From the NCBI GenBank assembly GCA_040384465.1, contig JAZKJF010000009.1:2129-66128 (forward strand): DNA of 64,000 bases, read 5' to 3'. The notes beneath the pieces are model-generated. The model saw nothing but the letters and a program-made list of their open reading frames with translations. It did not search any database and was not told where the DNA came from. Within the stretch, counting starts at the first letter, position 1. Every line of letters starts with the position of its first letter. Origin of the DNA: Pseudomonadota bacterium (lineage in GTDB: Bacteria > Pseudomonadota > Gammaproteobacteria > Pseudomonadales > Pseudohongiellaceae). Positions 20,551-29,016 of the stretch are shown one piece after another. Made by a program: the position numbers and the translations under genes.

Positions 20551-20987
20551 GTCGGCTCACCATAGAGAAGATTAGCGCGCTCGACCACCGAATCCACCAG
20601 CGAATTCGCGGAGTGATTGAAGAGTTTTTCCAACGCAAAGCCCATCAATCCACCGGCAAAATCGAATTCCATCTGCAGGCTGACCTTGCAGGCATTCTCT
20701 GCCAGTGGCTGAAAGTGCCACGACGCCCCAAACTTGCGAAACGGCCCCTCCACCAGACCCATACGCATTTCCTCGCCGGGCTTGACGGTGTTGCGCGTCG
20801 TGAACGAATGCTGCAATCCTGCCTTGCCGAGTGTCAGCTCACCCACTACCTCGTTATCCGTGCGACTGATAACACGCGCCTTCTGGCAGCCCTGCATGAA
20901 CAGGGGATAACTCTCGATGTCGTTGACTAGGTCATACATCTGCTGTGCCGAGAACATCACCAGCGCACTGCGATCGATTCGAGTCAT
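20547..20987 (-). CDS. ratA: SRPBCC-fold RatA/CoQ-binding family protein
   Basis: 146 aa. MYDLVNDIESYPLFMQGC ... FDFAGGLMG pattern. Conserved position beside smpB. Confidence 0.85.
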   Translation of the reverse strand: MTRIDRSALVMFSAQQMYDLVNDIESYPLFMQGCQKARVISRTDNEVVGELTLGKAGLQHSFTTRNTVKPGEEMRMGLVEGPFRKFGASWHFQPLAENACKVSLQMEFDFAGGLMGFALEKLFNHSANSLVDSVVERANLLYGEPT

Positions 20988-21075
20988 AACGGTTTCAGGA
21001 ACTGCCTCAGGTTAAGATGGGCGCGATTCTAACTCGGCCTATGCAGCCGGGGGAATGCGGTTATAATGCGCCGCT

Positions 21076-21558
21076 ATGGCAAAATCAGGTAAGGCAAAAG
21101 CAGTCGACACCACCATCGCCCGTAACAAGAAGGCGCTTCATGATTATTTCATCGAAGACTCTTTCGAAGCGGGGATGATGCTGCTCGGCTGGGAAGTCAA
21201 AAGCATGCGCGAGAAGAAAGTGCAGCTGACGGACAGTTACGTCATCCTCAAGGACGGCGAGGCCTGGCTGATCGGCTGCAACATCACGCCGCTCAACACC
21301 GCCAGCACTCACGTCGTCTGCGAACCGGACCGCACCCGCAAGCTCCTGTTGCACCGCAAGGAGCTGGCGCGTCTCTTCTCCAGCGTCCAGCAAAAAGGTC
21401 ACACCTGCGTGGCCACCAAGATCTACTGGAAAGACCACCTCATCAAGTGTCAGGTTTCACTCGCCAAGGGTAAGCAGGAACACGACAAGCGCAATGTCGA
21501 GAAGGATCGCGAGTGGGCCATCGAGAAGCAGCGTACGGTGCGGCACGCGCAGCGCTGA
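21076..21558 (+). CDS. smpB: SsrA-binding protein
   Basis: 160 aa. [14 protein letters not shown]...LLLHRKE...GKQEHDKR is typical of SmpB. Confidence 0.97.
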   Translation: MAKSGKAKAVDTTIARNKKALHDYFIEDSFEAGMMLLGWEVKSMREKKVQLTDSYVILKDGEAWLIGCNITPLNTASTHVVCEPDRTRKLLLHRKELARLFSSVQQKGHTCVATKIYWKDHLIKCQVSLAKGKQEHDKRNVEKDREWAIEKQRTVRHAQR

Positions 21559-21669
21559 TGTTAATCTGTCGTCGGACAGACATCTGTAAAGAGTCGATCG
21601 AAATGGACAAGGCAGCACTCATAGCAACACTGCAGGCGGCCCTGCCTGATCTTTAACAGAAGTGCAGGG

Positions 21670-22695
21670 TCAATCACACCGAACAACGCCCGCACTGACG
21701 GTTGAGCCGGGCTTGCCAGCATCGTTGACCCAAAACACCTGTCGACCGCCGTCAGCACACTCTGCCTCAGGTGCCAACGCGATGCCTTCGTGGTTGGCAT
21801 TGGCCAATGCGGCAGGGTGCGTCAGCACTGTACTCAGAACAAAGCTGCCCTGCGTTGCACTGCCAGGCACGCCATCGATCTGCAATATGCCCGTGACATT
21901 GCCGCAGTCGTCATCACAGTGGGCCCACAGCACCGCATTGTCACGATCATACTCCAGCCCCATCAGATGCGGAAAACCAACGCTGATGACCGCGATTTTA
22001 TGGAAAAGACTGTCCTCGTGATTCAGTGCATAGGCGTAGATATCGCCGTTCTGCTCCAATGCGGCGAGAAACAACCCGTCGCCATGCGCTGGATAATCAT
22101 TAGGGTCATAAGGCTTGTGCAACCGCTGGTCGTAAAAACCTGCAGTGATCAGATCCGCGTCAGGAATCCAGGTGAGCCCCTCCCAGCCTGCGTTCGAACC
22201 AACATCCAACTCGACAGACTCGGGATTGTCCTCATCGTGGGTCAGATCCCATTCGGCGACAGGAGTCCCTTGCGCAGTGTCGAAAGCAATAATACTCAAC
22301 TTGCTCTCCTCATCCTCCTTCTCTGAGGCGATGTAGACGACATCACTGTCCCAATTCGTCTTGGCGACTGACTCGGAATCCGGGGTCGCGCCAGACAGCG
22401 TTGTCAGCGTCCAGTCCCGAACAGGGGACCAACGGCCGGAGGCGGTATTGAATGAAAGTTGATGCAAGGTCGCCGGGCCATTTTTAACCACCCACAGATA
22501 CCCAGGTTGACTGGGCGAAGCCGGTTGATAGGTAGCACCACTGCTGTTGCTGCCAAGCTCTGCGGCAGGGTCGTCCACCAGCGCGACCACCTCACTGCCT
22601 GGCCACGGCGTCAGTACAAAGTGCGCGGGAATGGAGGACGCAGGGTGACAACCGATCAAAAGCAAAGACAGCAAAACACTACAAACACGCATCAT
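21670..22695 (-). CDS. predicted lipoprotein, possibly phytase-like/beta-propeller fold, function unknown
   Basis: ATGATG at 22690-22695 gives MMRVCSVLLSLLLIGC (lipobox). The longer listed ORF (to 22863) would overlap the SDR gene. WEGLTW and NHEGIAL motifs recall phytase-like esterase domains (weak). Confidence 0.55.
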   Translation of the reverse strand: MMRVCSVLLSLLLIGCHPASSIPAHFVLTPWPGSEVVALVDDPAAELGSNSSGATYQPASPSQPGYLWVVKNGPATLHQLSFNTASGRWSPVRDWTLTTLSGATPDSESVAKTNWDSDVVYIASEKEDEESKLSIIAFDTAQGTPVAEWDLTHDEDNPESVELDVGSNAGWEGLTWIPDADLITAGFYDQRLHKPYDPNDYPAHGDGLFLAALEQNGDIYAYALNHEDSLFHKIAVISVGFPHLMGLEYDRDNAVLWAHCDDDCGNVTGILQIDGVPGSATQGSFVLSTVLTHPAALANANHEGIALAPEAECADGGRQVFWVNDAGKPGSTVSAGVVRCD

Positions 22696-22715
22696 ACCTG
22701 CCACTGACTCCACCA

Positions 22716-23594
22716 TCACCTGACCAGCGTCGGCAGAAACGTCGACACCACCATCGCCTGCTGCTTGCCGCCATCCGGATCTGCCGCCGTTTTGAACTCC
22801 GTGAATTTCTCCGCCCACGCCGACGTACGCATGCGCAGCGGCGGGTTTTCCCGATTCACGCAATCCAGAACGACAGCGGCCACTTCCTGCGGAGTCTGAT
22901 AAGAGCGGGTTTCCCCCATGGCCCCGCGCGCCTGAATGCCACCCATGTAGAGATCAAGCACGGGTTTGTAGGCGTCGTCGTGAATACCACCAGTGGCTTG
23001 CACCATCCCCATGACATTGCTGACAAACTCCGTCGCAATCCCACCAGGCTCGATCATCGAAAATTTAATGCTGAACGCAGGCTGCACATAGCTCGCCAGT
23101 GATTCGGTGTAGCCCTCGACAGCGAACTTGGCCGCACAATAAAACTCATTGAAAGGCTGTCCCACTAGGCCACCGACAGACGTAATGTTGATGATGTGAC
23201 CCGTTCTGCGTTCACGCATGTGCGGCAGAACGGCTTTGGTGCAACGCACCACGCCTTTGAAATTGACGTCCATGACCCACTCCATCTCATCCTCTGTCGC
23301 CTGTTCGGTGGTCCGCACAAAACCCGCACCGGCATTGTTGATGAGAATATCGATCACGCCCTCTTCCTTGAGTATCTCGGCAAAGCAGCGCTCCACACTC
23401 TGTGCGTCCTGCACATCCAGTTGCTTCACTGTCAACGTCACTTGTTGCGCTTTGGCGGCGGCCAGCAAAGCATCCTGCTTGTCCAAGTTGCGCATCGTGG
23501 CGATGGTAGTGATGCCCTGTTTTGCCAGCATCACCGCGACATGCAAACCCAGGCCTGTGGACGTTCCAGTGACGACGGCGACTTTCTTGTTCAT
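22716..23594 (-). CDS. SDR family oxidoreductase
   Basis: 292 aa. VVTGTSTGLG cofactor motif, NNAG, and the catalytic S...YCAAK. Confidence 0.9.
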   Translation of the reverse strand: MNKKVAVVTGTSTGLGLHVAVMLAKQGITTIATMRNLDKQDALLAAAKAQQVTLTVKQLDVQDAQSVERCFAEILKEEGVIDILINNAGAGFVRTTEQATEDEMEWVMDVNFKGVVRCTKAVLPHMRERRTGHIINITSVGGLVGQPFNEFYCAAKFAVEGYTESLASYVQPAFSIKFSMIEPGGIATEFVSNVMGMVQATGGIHDDAYKPVLDLYMGGIQARGAMGETRSYQTPQEVAAVVLDCVNRENPPLRMRTSAWAEKFTEFKTAADPDGGKQQAMVVSTFLPTLVR

Positions 23595-23679
23595 GACATT
23601 GCTCTCTGCGAGTGGAGTGAGGTTGAAAAACTAGCACACGACCCCATCTAGTGTCCTGTGCTAAGCTGCACACACTAAC

Positions 23680-24037
23680 GGGGGCGCTTTGGATTCGACG
23701 CCGGTATCAAACCCTGAGGTGCATGTCGAGAGGGTAGTAACTCTCGTAAATCAATTACTGCAACTTACTAGTTGCCAACGACGATAGCTACGCTCTAGCC
23801 GCTTAGTGCGGTTAGCGGTCACCCCGGGATGCCTGTAAACCGGTGTTTTTGTGACTGTCATATAGAACAGGATCGCCAGCCTAGCGCGCCCAGCGCGAAG
23901 CAGCTAAAAGTACTGGGCTCGCCCGAACCACCCTGCCCGTCGGGCCGGCGAGGGTTAACTTAATAGACGACGCTACACATGTAGATCCAAAGGCAGCGGA
24001 CTGACGGACGGGGGTTCAAATCCCCCCGCCTCCACCA
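23680..24037 (+). ncRNA. ssrA: tmRNA (transfer-messenger RNA)
   Basis: The 5' GGGGGCG pairs with the 3' CGCCUCC-ACCA (G3:U pair retained). The tag ORF GCC AAC GAC GAT AGC TAC GCT CTA GCC GCT TAG (23774-23806) encodes ANDDSYALAA. T-arm is GGTTCAAATCC. Confidence 0.95.
24012..24037 (+). repeat. attL core (tmRNA 3' end)
   Basis: gggttcaaatccccccgcctccacca is identical to 29017-29042. Confidence 0.85.
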
Positions 24038-24199
24038 ACCACACGACCAGAGACGAACGCGAAGGGCCGCAAGAGGCCCGTAAACACTGAGAAAAATCAC
24101 CTTTCCCGTTCTGTGACGTACACAGATGACTTGCAATGTCCGGCCCCTGATGTAACATCGGATGTAACACGACTCCGATTGACTCCCAGGCGGTGTTAC

Positions 24200-25441
24200 A
24201 TGGCAACGAAAGCGCAACCTCTGACTGATGCCCAATTGCGGCAGACCAGACCGGGACCGAAAGAGTACAACCTTGCCGATGGTGGCGGGCTGTTCCTTCG
24301 CGTGAAGCCTACCGGCTCCAGATCCTGGCTGTTCAACTACTTCAAACCCTTCACCCGGACACGCTCCAATCTCAGCATTGGAAAGTATCCAGCAGTGAGC
24401 CTTGCCAGTGCTCGCCAGTGCCGCGCTGAATACCAATCCCTAATTGCCCAAGGGATCGACCCCAAAACGCACAGAGAAGCGATTCAGCAGCGCCTGAGCG
24501 ATGCCCACAGCAGCACCTTGGAGCGCGCTTCCCGTGTGTGGCTGGCAGTGAAGCGGGCAACCGTCACACAGGCCCACGCTGAAGACATCGAGCGATCCCT
24601 GACCCTTCACATCTTCCCCCGCCTTGGTAGCGTCCCTGTCCACCTGATCGGCGCCAAGGATGCCATTGCGATACTGGAGCCCATTGCCGCACGTGGATCA
24701 CTGGAGACCGTGAAGCGGCTCTGCCAGCGCCTGAACGAGATATTCACCCATTGCGTGAACACGGGAGTCCTTGAGCACAATCCCCTTGCAGGTATCGGGA
24801 AAGCCTTCGCACCACCTACCAAAGAACACATGCCCACGCTGAAGCCAGACGAGTTGCCTGATCTGATGCGCGCACTTACCCGCGCCAGCATACGCATCAC
24901 CACGCGCTGCCTGATCGAATGGCAATTGCACACGATGGTGCGGCCGAGCGAAGCAGCAGGCGCACGCTGGCAGGAAATCGACTTCACCCGTGGCACCTGG
25001 AACATCCCCGCCGAGCGCATGAAGAAAAAGCTGCCGCACACTGTTCCACTGACACCGCAAGCACTCGCCTTGCTGGAGAACATGAAGCCGATCAGCGGAC
25101 ACCTTGAATTCATCTTCCCAGCAGATCGCAATCCAAAGACCCACACACACGAACAGACCGCAAACATGGCGTTGAAGCGCATGGGCTTCGGTGGGCGACT
25201 GGTGTCGCACGGCCTGCGATCACTGGCCAGCACCACGCTGAACGAGCAGGGATTCGACCCCGACATCATCGAGGCAGCACTGGCGCACCGGGACAAGAAC
25301 ACTGTGCGGGCAGCCTACAACCGCGCCGAGTACATCGAGCGCCGCCGCCCAATGATGGCCTGGTGGTCAAATCACGTCGACAGCGCCGCATTCGGTGAAG
25401 TTGCACGAACGAGAACCAAGCATATGCGAGTAGTTGGATAA
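24200..25441 (+). CDS. tyrosine-type site-specific integrase (DUF4102 arm-binding domain + catalytic domain, P4/CP4-57 type)
   Basis: MATKAQPLTDAQLRQTRPGPKEYNLADGGGLFLRVKPTGSRSW N-terminus. HGLRS...AALAHRDKNTVRAAYNRAEY is the catalytic HxxR...Y region. ATG at 24200 is preferred over the listed 24113. Confidence 0.95.
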   Translation: MATKAQPLTDAQLRQTRPGPKEYNLADGGGLFLRVKPTGSRSWLFNYFKPFTRTRSNLSIGKYPAVSLASARQCRAEYQSLIAQGIDPKTHREAIQQRLSDAHSSTLERASRVWLAVKRATVTQAHAEDIERSLTLHIFPRLGSVPVHLIGAKDAIAILEPIAARGSLETVKRLCQRLNEIFTHCVNTGVLEHNPLAGIGKAFAPPTKEHMPTLKPDELPDLMRALTRASIRITTRCLIEWQLHTMVRPSEAAGARWQEIDFTRGTWNIPAERMKKKLPHTVPLTPQALALLENMKPISGHLEFIFPADRNPKTHTHEQTANMALKRMGFGGRLVSHGLRSLASTTLNEQGFDPDIIEAALAHRDKNTVRAAYNRAEYIERRRPMMAWWSNHVDSAAFGEVARTRTKHMRVVG

Positions 25442-25466
25442 ACCACACACAAGAGGAATTGAGACT

Positions 25467-25721
25467 ATGACTGAGATTGAAACGCTGGTTATGACTGAGA
25501 TTGAAACGCTGGTGCGGAACGGATCGAGCCAAACACAAGCTATCTTCTGCAACGCCGTTCAAGTCCTCGCCTTTGGAAATGAGGGCCAGATATCCCGAGT
25601 ATTCGAGTTCGCCGCCCTTATGGAAGGAAACAAGGTTTCACATGATGAGGTTCTGCGCGAACTGACAAAAATGGCCTTTGCCGTCAAGCAGGAACGGTAC
25701 GCAGCAGAGGTGGCAGCATGA
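25467..25721 (+). CDS. hypothetical protein (island cargo)
   Basis: ATG at 25467 lies 9 nt after AAGAGGA. The first 24 nt are tandemly duplicated (MTEIETLV x2). No recognisable motifs. Confidence 0.5.
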   Translation: MTEIETLVMTEIETLVRNGSSQTQAIFCNAVQVLAFGNEGQISRVFEFAALMEGNKVSHDEVLRELTKMAFAVKQERYAAEVAA

Positions 25722-26137
25722 ACATGAACACGAACGCAGCACAGCACACCTCTGACGATCTCTACAGACCCATTAACTACGCCAGCGCCGATGGCATTTC
25801 TGGCTTTCTGAAACTGCCCTTCGTTTTCCGCGATCCATCGAAACGACGACCAGCACCAGGAACCAACTGGAGTATTCCAGCACCAGGTACGCACACTTAC
25901 ACCGAGGCATGCGAAGTGGGCCGCGCCTATGCCATTCACTTCGCGCAGTACCTGAAGGACAACCCCGAAATGGCAGGCGATAATAGTCTCGGACACGTTG
26001 CCGAGGACGTCGACTTTTCAGACAAAGAGCAGAGCGGCTATTGGGTCGGATTCTTCTCGCTCCTGGGTGAACTGATAGCAATGGGCGCGGATCGAGTGGA
26101 TCTGACGGCGCAGCTTCAAAGGCGTCGGCATGACTGA
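25718..26137 (+). CDS. hypothetical protein (island cargo)
   Basis: 139 aa. ATGA overlap with the upstream ORF. No recognisable motifs. Confidence 0.55.
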   Translation: MNMNTNAAQHTSDDLYRPINYASADGISGFLKLPFVFRDPSKRRPAPGTNWSIPAPGTHTYTEACEVGRAYAIHFAQYLKDNPEMAGDNSLGHVAEDVDFSDKEQSGYWVGFFSLLGELIAMGADRVDLTAQLQRRRHD

Positions 26138-26197
26138 AGAGACTGGCCAACTGACAACGGGAAAAAGGACTGACAGCATCAGCAGGGAGTTGCAACC

Positions 26198-26857
26198 GTG
26201 TTCATAGAGGTCAGCGCGGAGCACCAAAAACATATTCATAGCCGCATACTTCCAAAGTTAAGCGAGAGTGAAATAGCAAACCTGTTCCGCTTTTTTGGGA
26301 CTATCTGGTTAGAAGGAACTGAAGGCAATCGCAGTCAAGGGGCTATCAAAAAGGAATTGAATTCGGCCGCCAAAGAGATTGAGAAAGGGCTGAGCCGACT
26401 GGAGAAACTTATTGCAGAAAGAGGCGCTTCCCTCGAAGCAATCAACGTCTTGGACTTTCACTATAGCGATGCAAACAACCATGACATGACGATGGTCAAC
26501 CTTTCAATTTCTGAGGCTGAAGCGTCGGGAACTGTCCACTCATTACGCAAAATCGTGGCAGCCATCAAGCACCAGGCGCAGGACTTAGAAACCGAACAAC
26601 GACAGGGGCGGCCGCAGGCAGAAAGGTACAAACATTTACTCCTGGCGATCATGCTGTGGTTCGACCGCCACCAATCACACTACAGACCATCTGCGACCCA
26701 AGAATCTCCATTCGTGATTTTCATCACGTACCTGCTTGCCGATGTGCTGGGGCTTGGGATCAGCGACCCCAGACGGCACGTAGCAAACGCACTTGAGCAC
26801 TTCAATCACCATCTTGCCAAAACCAAGCCCCCCCGGCACAAAACACCTCGAAAGTAG
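26198..26857 (+). CDS. hypothetical protein (island cargo)
   Basis: 219 aa with a GTG start. The 5' part is AT-rich (23/60 GC in line 26221, counted by hand). No recognisable motifs. Confidence 0.55.
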   Translation: MFIEVSAEHQKHIHSRILPKLSESEIANLFRFFGTIWLEGTEGNRSQGAIKKELNSAAKEIEKGLSRLEKLIAERGASLEAINVLDFHYSDANNHDMTMVNLSISEAEASGTVHSLRKIVAAIKHQAQDLETEQRQGRPQAERYKHLLLAIMLWFDRHQSHYRPSATQESPFVIFITYLLADVLGLGISDPRRHVANALEHFNHHLAKTKPPRHKTPRK

Positions 26858-26953
26858 AGCCGTTTCGTACATAGCGAAGGTGCTCCACTCTCCAATAGCC
26901 TGTCCGTGTTAGTCCGTTACCGACCATAGACGAACGCACAGAGAGGCTTCACC

Positions 26954-27223
26954 ATGACTACAGCAGCACCACAGGCGCAATCCCATTGCGTCGCAGCACC
27001 AACACCACACGAAAGAATCTTGCGCTGGCCCGAGGTACAGGAGCGCACCGGCCTTTGTCGCAGTCACGTCCACGACATGGCAAAACGTGGGCAGTTCCCC
27101 GCACCGATCAAACTCGGTGGCCGCGCAAGCGGCTGGCTTGAATCTGAAATCAGCGCATGGATCGAAGAACGAAAAGCGAGCGCACGCGGGGATGTTGAAC
27201 GAAGGGAGGCGCGCAGATCATGA
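26954..27223 (+). CDS. alpA: AlpA family transcriptional regulator / excisionase-like
   Basis: 89 aa. ILRWPEVQERTGLCRSHVHDMAKRGQFPAPIKLGGRASGWLESEISAWIEER is a classical AlpA/MerR-like HTH. Confidence 0.85.
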   Translation: MTTAAPQAQSHCVAAPTPHERILRWPEVQERTGLCRSHVHDMAKRGQFPAPIKLGGRASGWLESEISAWIEERKASARGDVERREARRS

Positions 27224-27537
27224 ACAACGAAACCGGGGCCGCCAGTCACAACGGCCCGATCCCACATCATCACAGCACACCTGGCAAACTGGATCGCATG
27301 CTCTCAACCTTCGCCAAGGGTGAGAAGCTGAACACATTCGCCGCAAAAGAATTGGGCGACACATGCCTACACACCACAGTGTCAGATCTTCAGCAAAGGC
27401 ATGGTGTCAGATTCACCCGGGAGTGGCAAACCGTAGAGGGCCGCTTCGGTAAAACCCGCGTGCGGGTCTACTGGCTCCAGGGCGAAGACCTCCAGAGGGC
27501 CTGCCAGATCGTCGCGGCGCGTAGGGCATCCGCTTGA
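27220..27537 (+). CDS. small putative DNA-binding protein (HTH_39-like), function unknown
   Basis: 105 aa. ATGA overlap with alpA. The LNTFAAKELGDTCLHTTVSDLQQRHGV segment resembles phage-island HTH proteins (weak recollection). Confidence 0.45.
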   Translation: MNNETGAASHNGPIPHHHSTPGKLDRMLSTFAKGEKLNTFAAKELGDTCLHTTVSDLQQRHGVRFTREWQTVEGRFGKTRVRVYWLQGEDLQRACQIVAARRASA

Positions 27538-27547
27538 GGGGTGCCGC

Positions 27548-27943
27548 ATGGCGAAGAAAAAGCGAAGCCTGCCATTCGACAAGCGGGGCGGGGCACTGGT
27601 GCTCCAGCGCCGCATGCTCGAATCATCCGCATATTCGTTTCTGACTCCAGAGGCAAAGGTGCTTCTGTTGCTCCTGCAAACGCACTGGCGCAACGATAAG
27701 CCAGTTGCCTATGGAGTGCGCGAAGCAATGGACAAAATCCCGTGCGCGAAGGGAACAGCGCAGCGAGCTTTTGAACAGGTACAGCGTTCGGGATTCGCTG
27801 AACTCGTTGATGAATCACAATTCAGCACAAGGACACACAGCCGAGCGAGAACGTGGCGGCTTACCTGGCTGCCATTCATGGACAAACCACCTTCCAACGA
27901 GTGGGAAAAATTAGGGTCACCGGGTCAAAAATGCACCCTGTAG
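27548..27943 (+). CDS. putative replication-initiator-like winged-helix protein
   Basis: 131 aa and basic. It is followed immediately by iteron-like repeats, the first of which lies in its 3' end. The Rep assignment is an inference from context. Confidence 0.4.
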   Translation: MAKKKRSLPFDKRGGALVLQRRMLESSAYSFLTPEAKVLLLLLQTHWRNDKPVAYGVREAMDKIPCAKGTAQRAFEQVQRSGFAELVDESQFSTRTHSRARTWRLTWLPFMDKPPSNEWEKLGSPGQKCTL

Positions 27944-28049
27944 AGTGCTCACAGGGTCAAAAATGCACCCACTGATGCGAGCGCCCACCGCTCCAGGGTC
28001 AAAAATGACCACACACAGGGAGAGCACTTACAGGGTGCAAATTTGACCC
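27922..28049. repeat. iteron-like repeats GGGTCAAAAATGCACCC (3 direct + 1 inverted)
   Basis: Copies at 27922-27938, 27954-27970 and 27996-28010 (variant gggtcaaaaatgacc), plus an inverted gggtgcaaatttgaccc at 28033-28049. Spacing is 32 and 42 bp. Confidence 0.7.
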
Positions 28050-29016
28050 ACACCTACTGTAACCACCACCAGCGAAACGTTGCGCCTTCCGTCTTCAAGC
28101 AGCGAATGAAACCTGTGTAACCTGTAGCCAGTTTTGCCGGAGAAATTTTTGTCAAATCCCGACATCCTCGCGTCCGTGGATTGTGAAAGTGCTCTGGAAG
28201 GACCCGAGGCCTTCCCCCTATGACCGCGACGAGCCGACAACGAAACAACAACCACACTCCAGAATAATTTCATAATTACCGCTTTCTCGCGCTTCCTCGC
28301 ACCCGTATCCTGACTTGCAGGGGAGGACCTAAGACCACGCAGGCACGGCCACCCAGGCGCAGCGGTGACGATCCCTTTCGTACTCGTACCAGTTGCCCGA
28401 TTCGCACCACAGTACGATTGCAGGAAAATTTTCTGTGCGTGCGGTCGATGCGGTACATAGGCGGCGCGACTTCCAAGGATTCGTACCACCCTCCCCCTAC
28501 TCGTACCACAGTCAACCCTGATGCCAGCCGGTGAACCCATCTGAAAGTGCAATTTTGTGGATGCAAGAAAGCGCCTATGGGAGCGGTGTCCGAGTCTCTA
28601 CAGCATAGGCTGCAACAGCCCCCCGCCCACTACCAGACCGATTGAAAGCCTGACAGATCAAGCGAGAGGCTTCGCAACGCGCATTCCGACATTTTCAAAT
28701 CTGAATTTTGACGGCGAGAAAATTTGCCTGGGGGCGCGGTCTAGGTGCGGAGAGTCCAACTGTTTCGACCTACCCTACCCCGTACACGACCAGGCAAAGC
28801 ACCGACCGCCCTGAAAAAAAAGTTTCAATTCGCGGGTGTGAGCGTATGTGGTCGATGCGGTACATAGAACTGAAGCCCCAGAGATTCACTCCGCCCCCCA
28901 CCTGGAGCGCACAGCACCACCCCGCCACAGGGTACCGACGCGCTGATGTAACACTGGATGTAACACCGGGAGACGTTGAGAAAAGCAGCACCAGCAACGG
29001 CGCACCCTGTAGGGAT

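Noticed and set aside
22696-22863. 56-aa N-terminal extension of the lipoprotein ORF.
   Set aside because: It would overlap the 3' end of the SDR gene by about 150 nt. The internal ATGATG at 22690-22695 gives a canonical lipoprotein signal.
24113-24199. N-terminal extension of the integrase ORF (listed start 24113).
   Set aside because: The extension runs through the arm-type repeats. P4-type integrases begin with the MA-K...LTD motif, found at ATG 24200.
28028-28566. ORFs of 174 and 96 aa on the minus strand, plus 28557-29070 on the plus strand, inside the island's repeat-rich region.
   Set aside because: They are Arg/Gly/Ser/Pro-rich with no RBS or motifs, and they overlap each other. The region is better explained as non-coding repeats.
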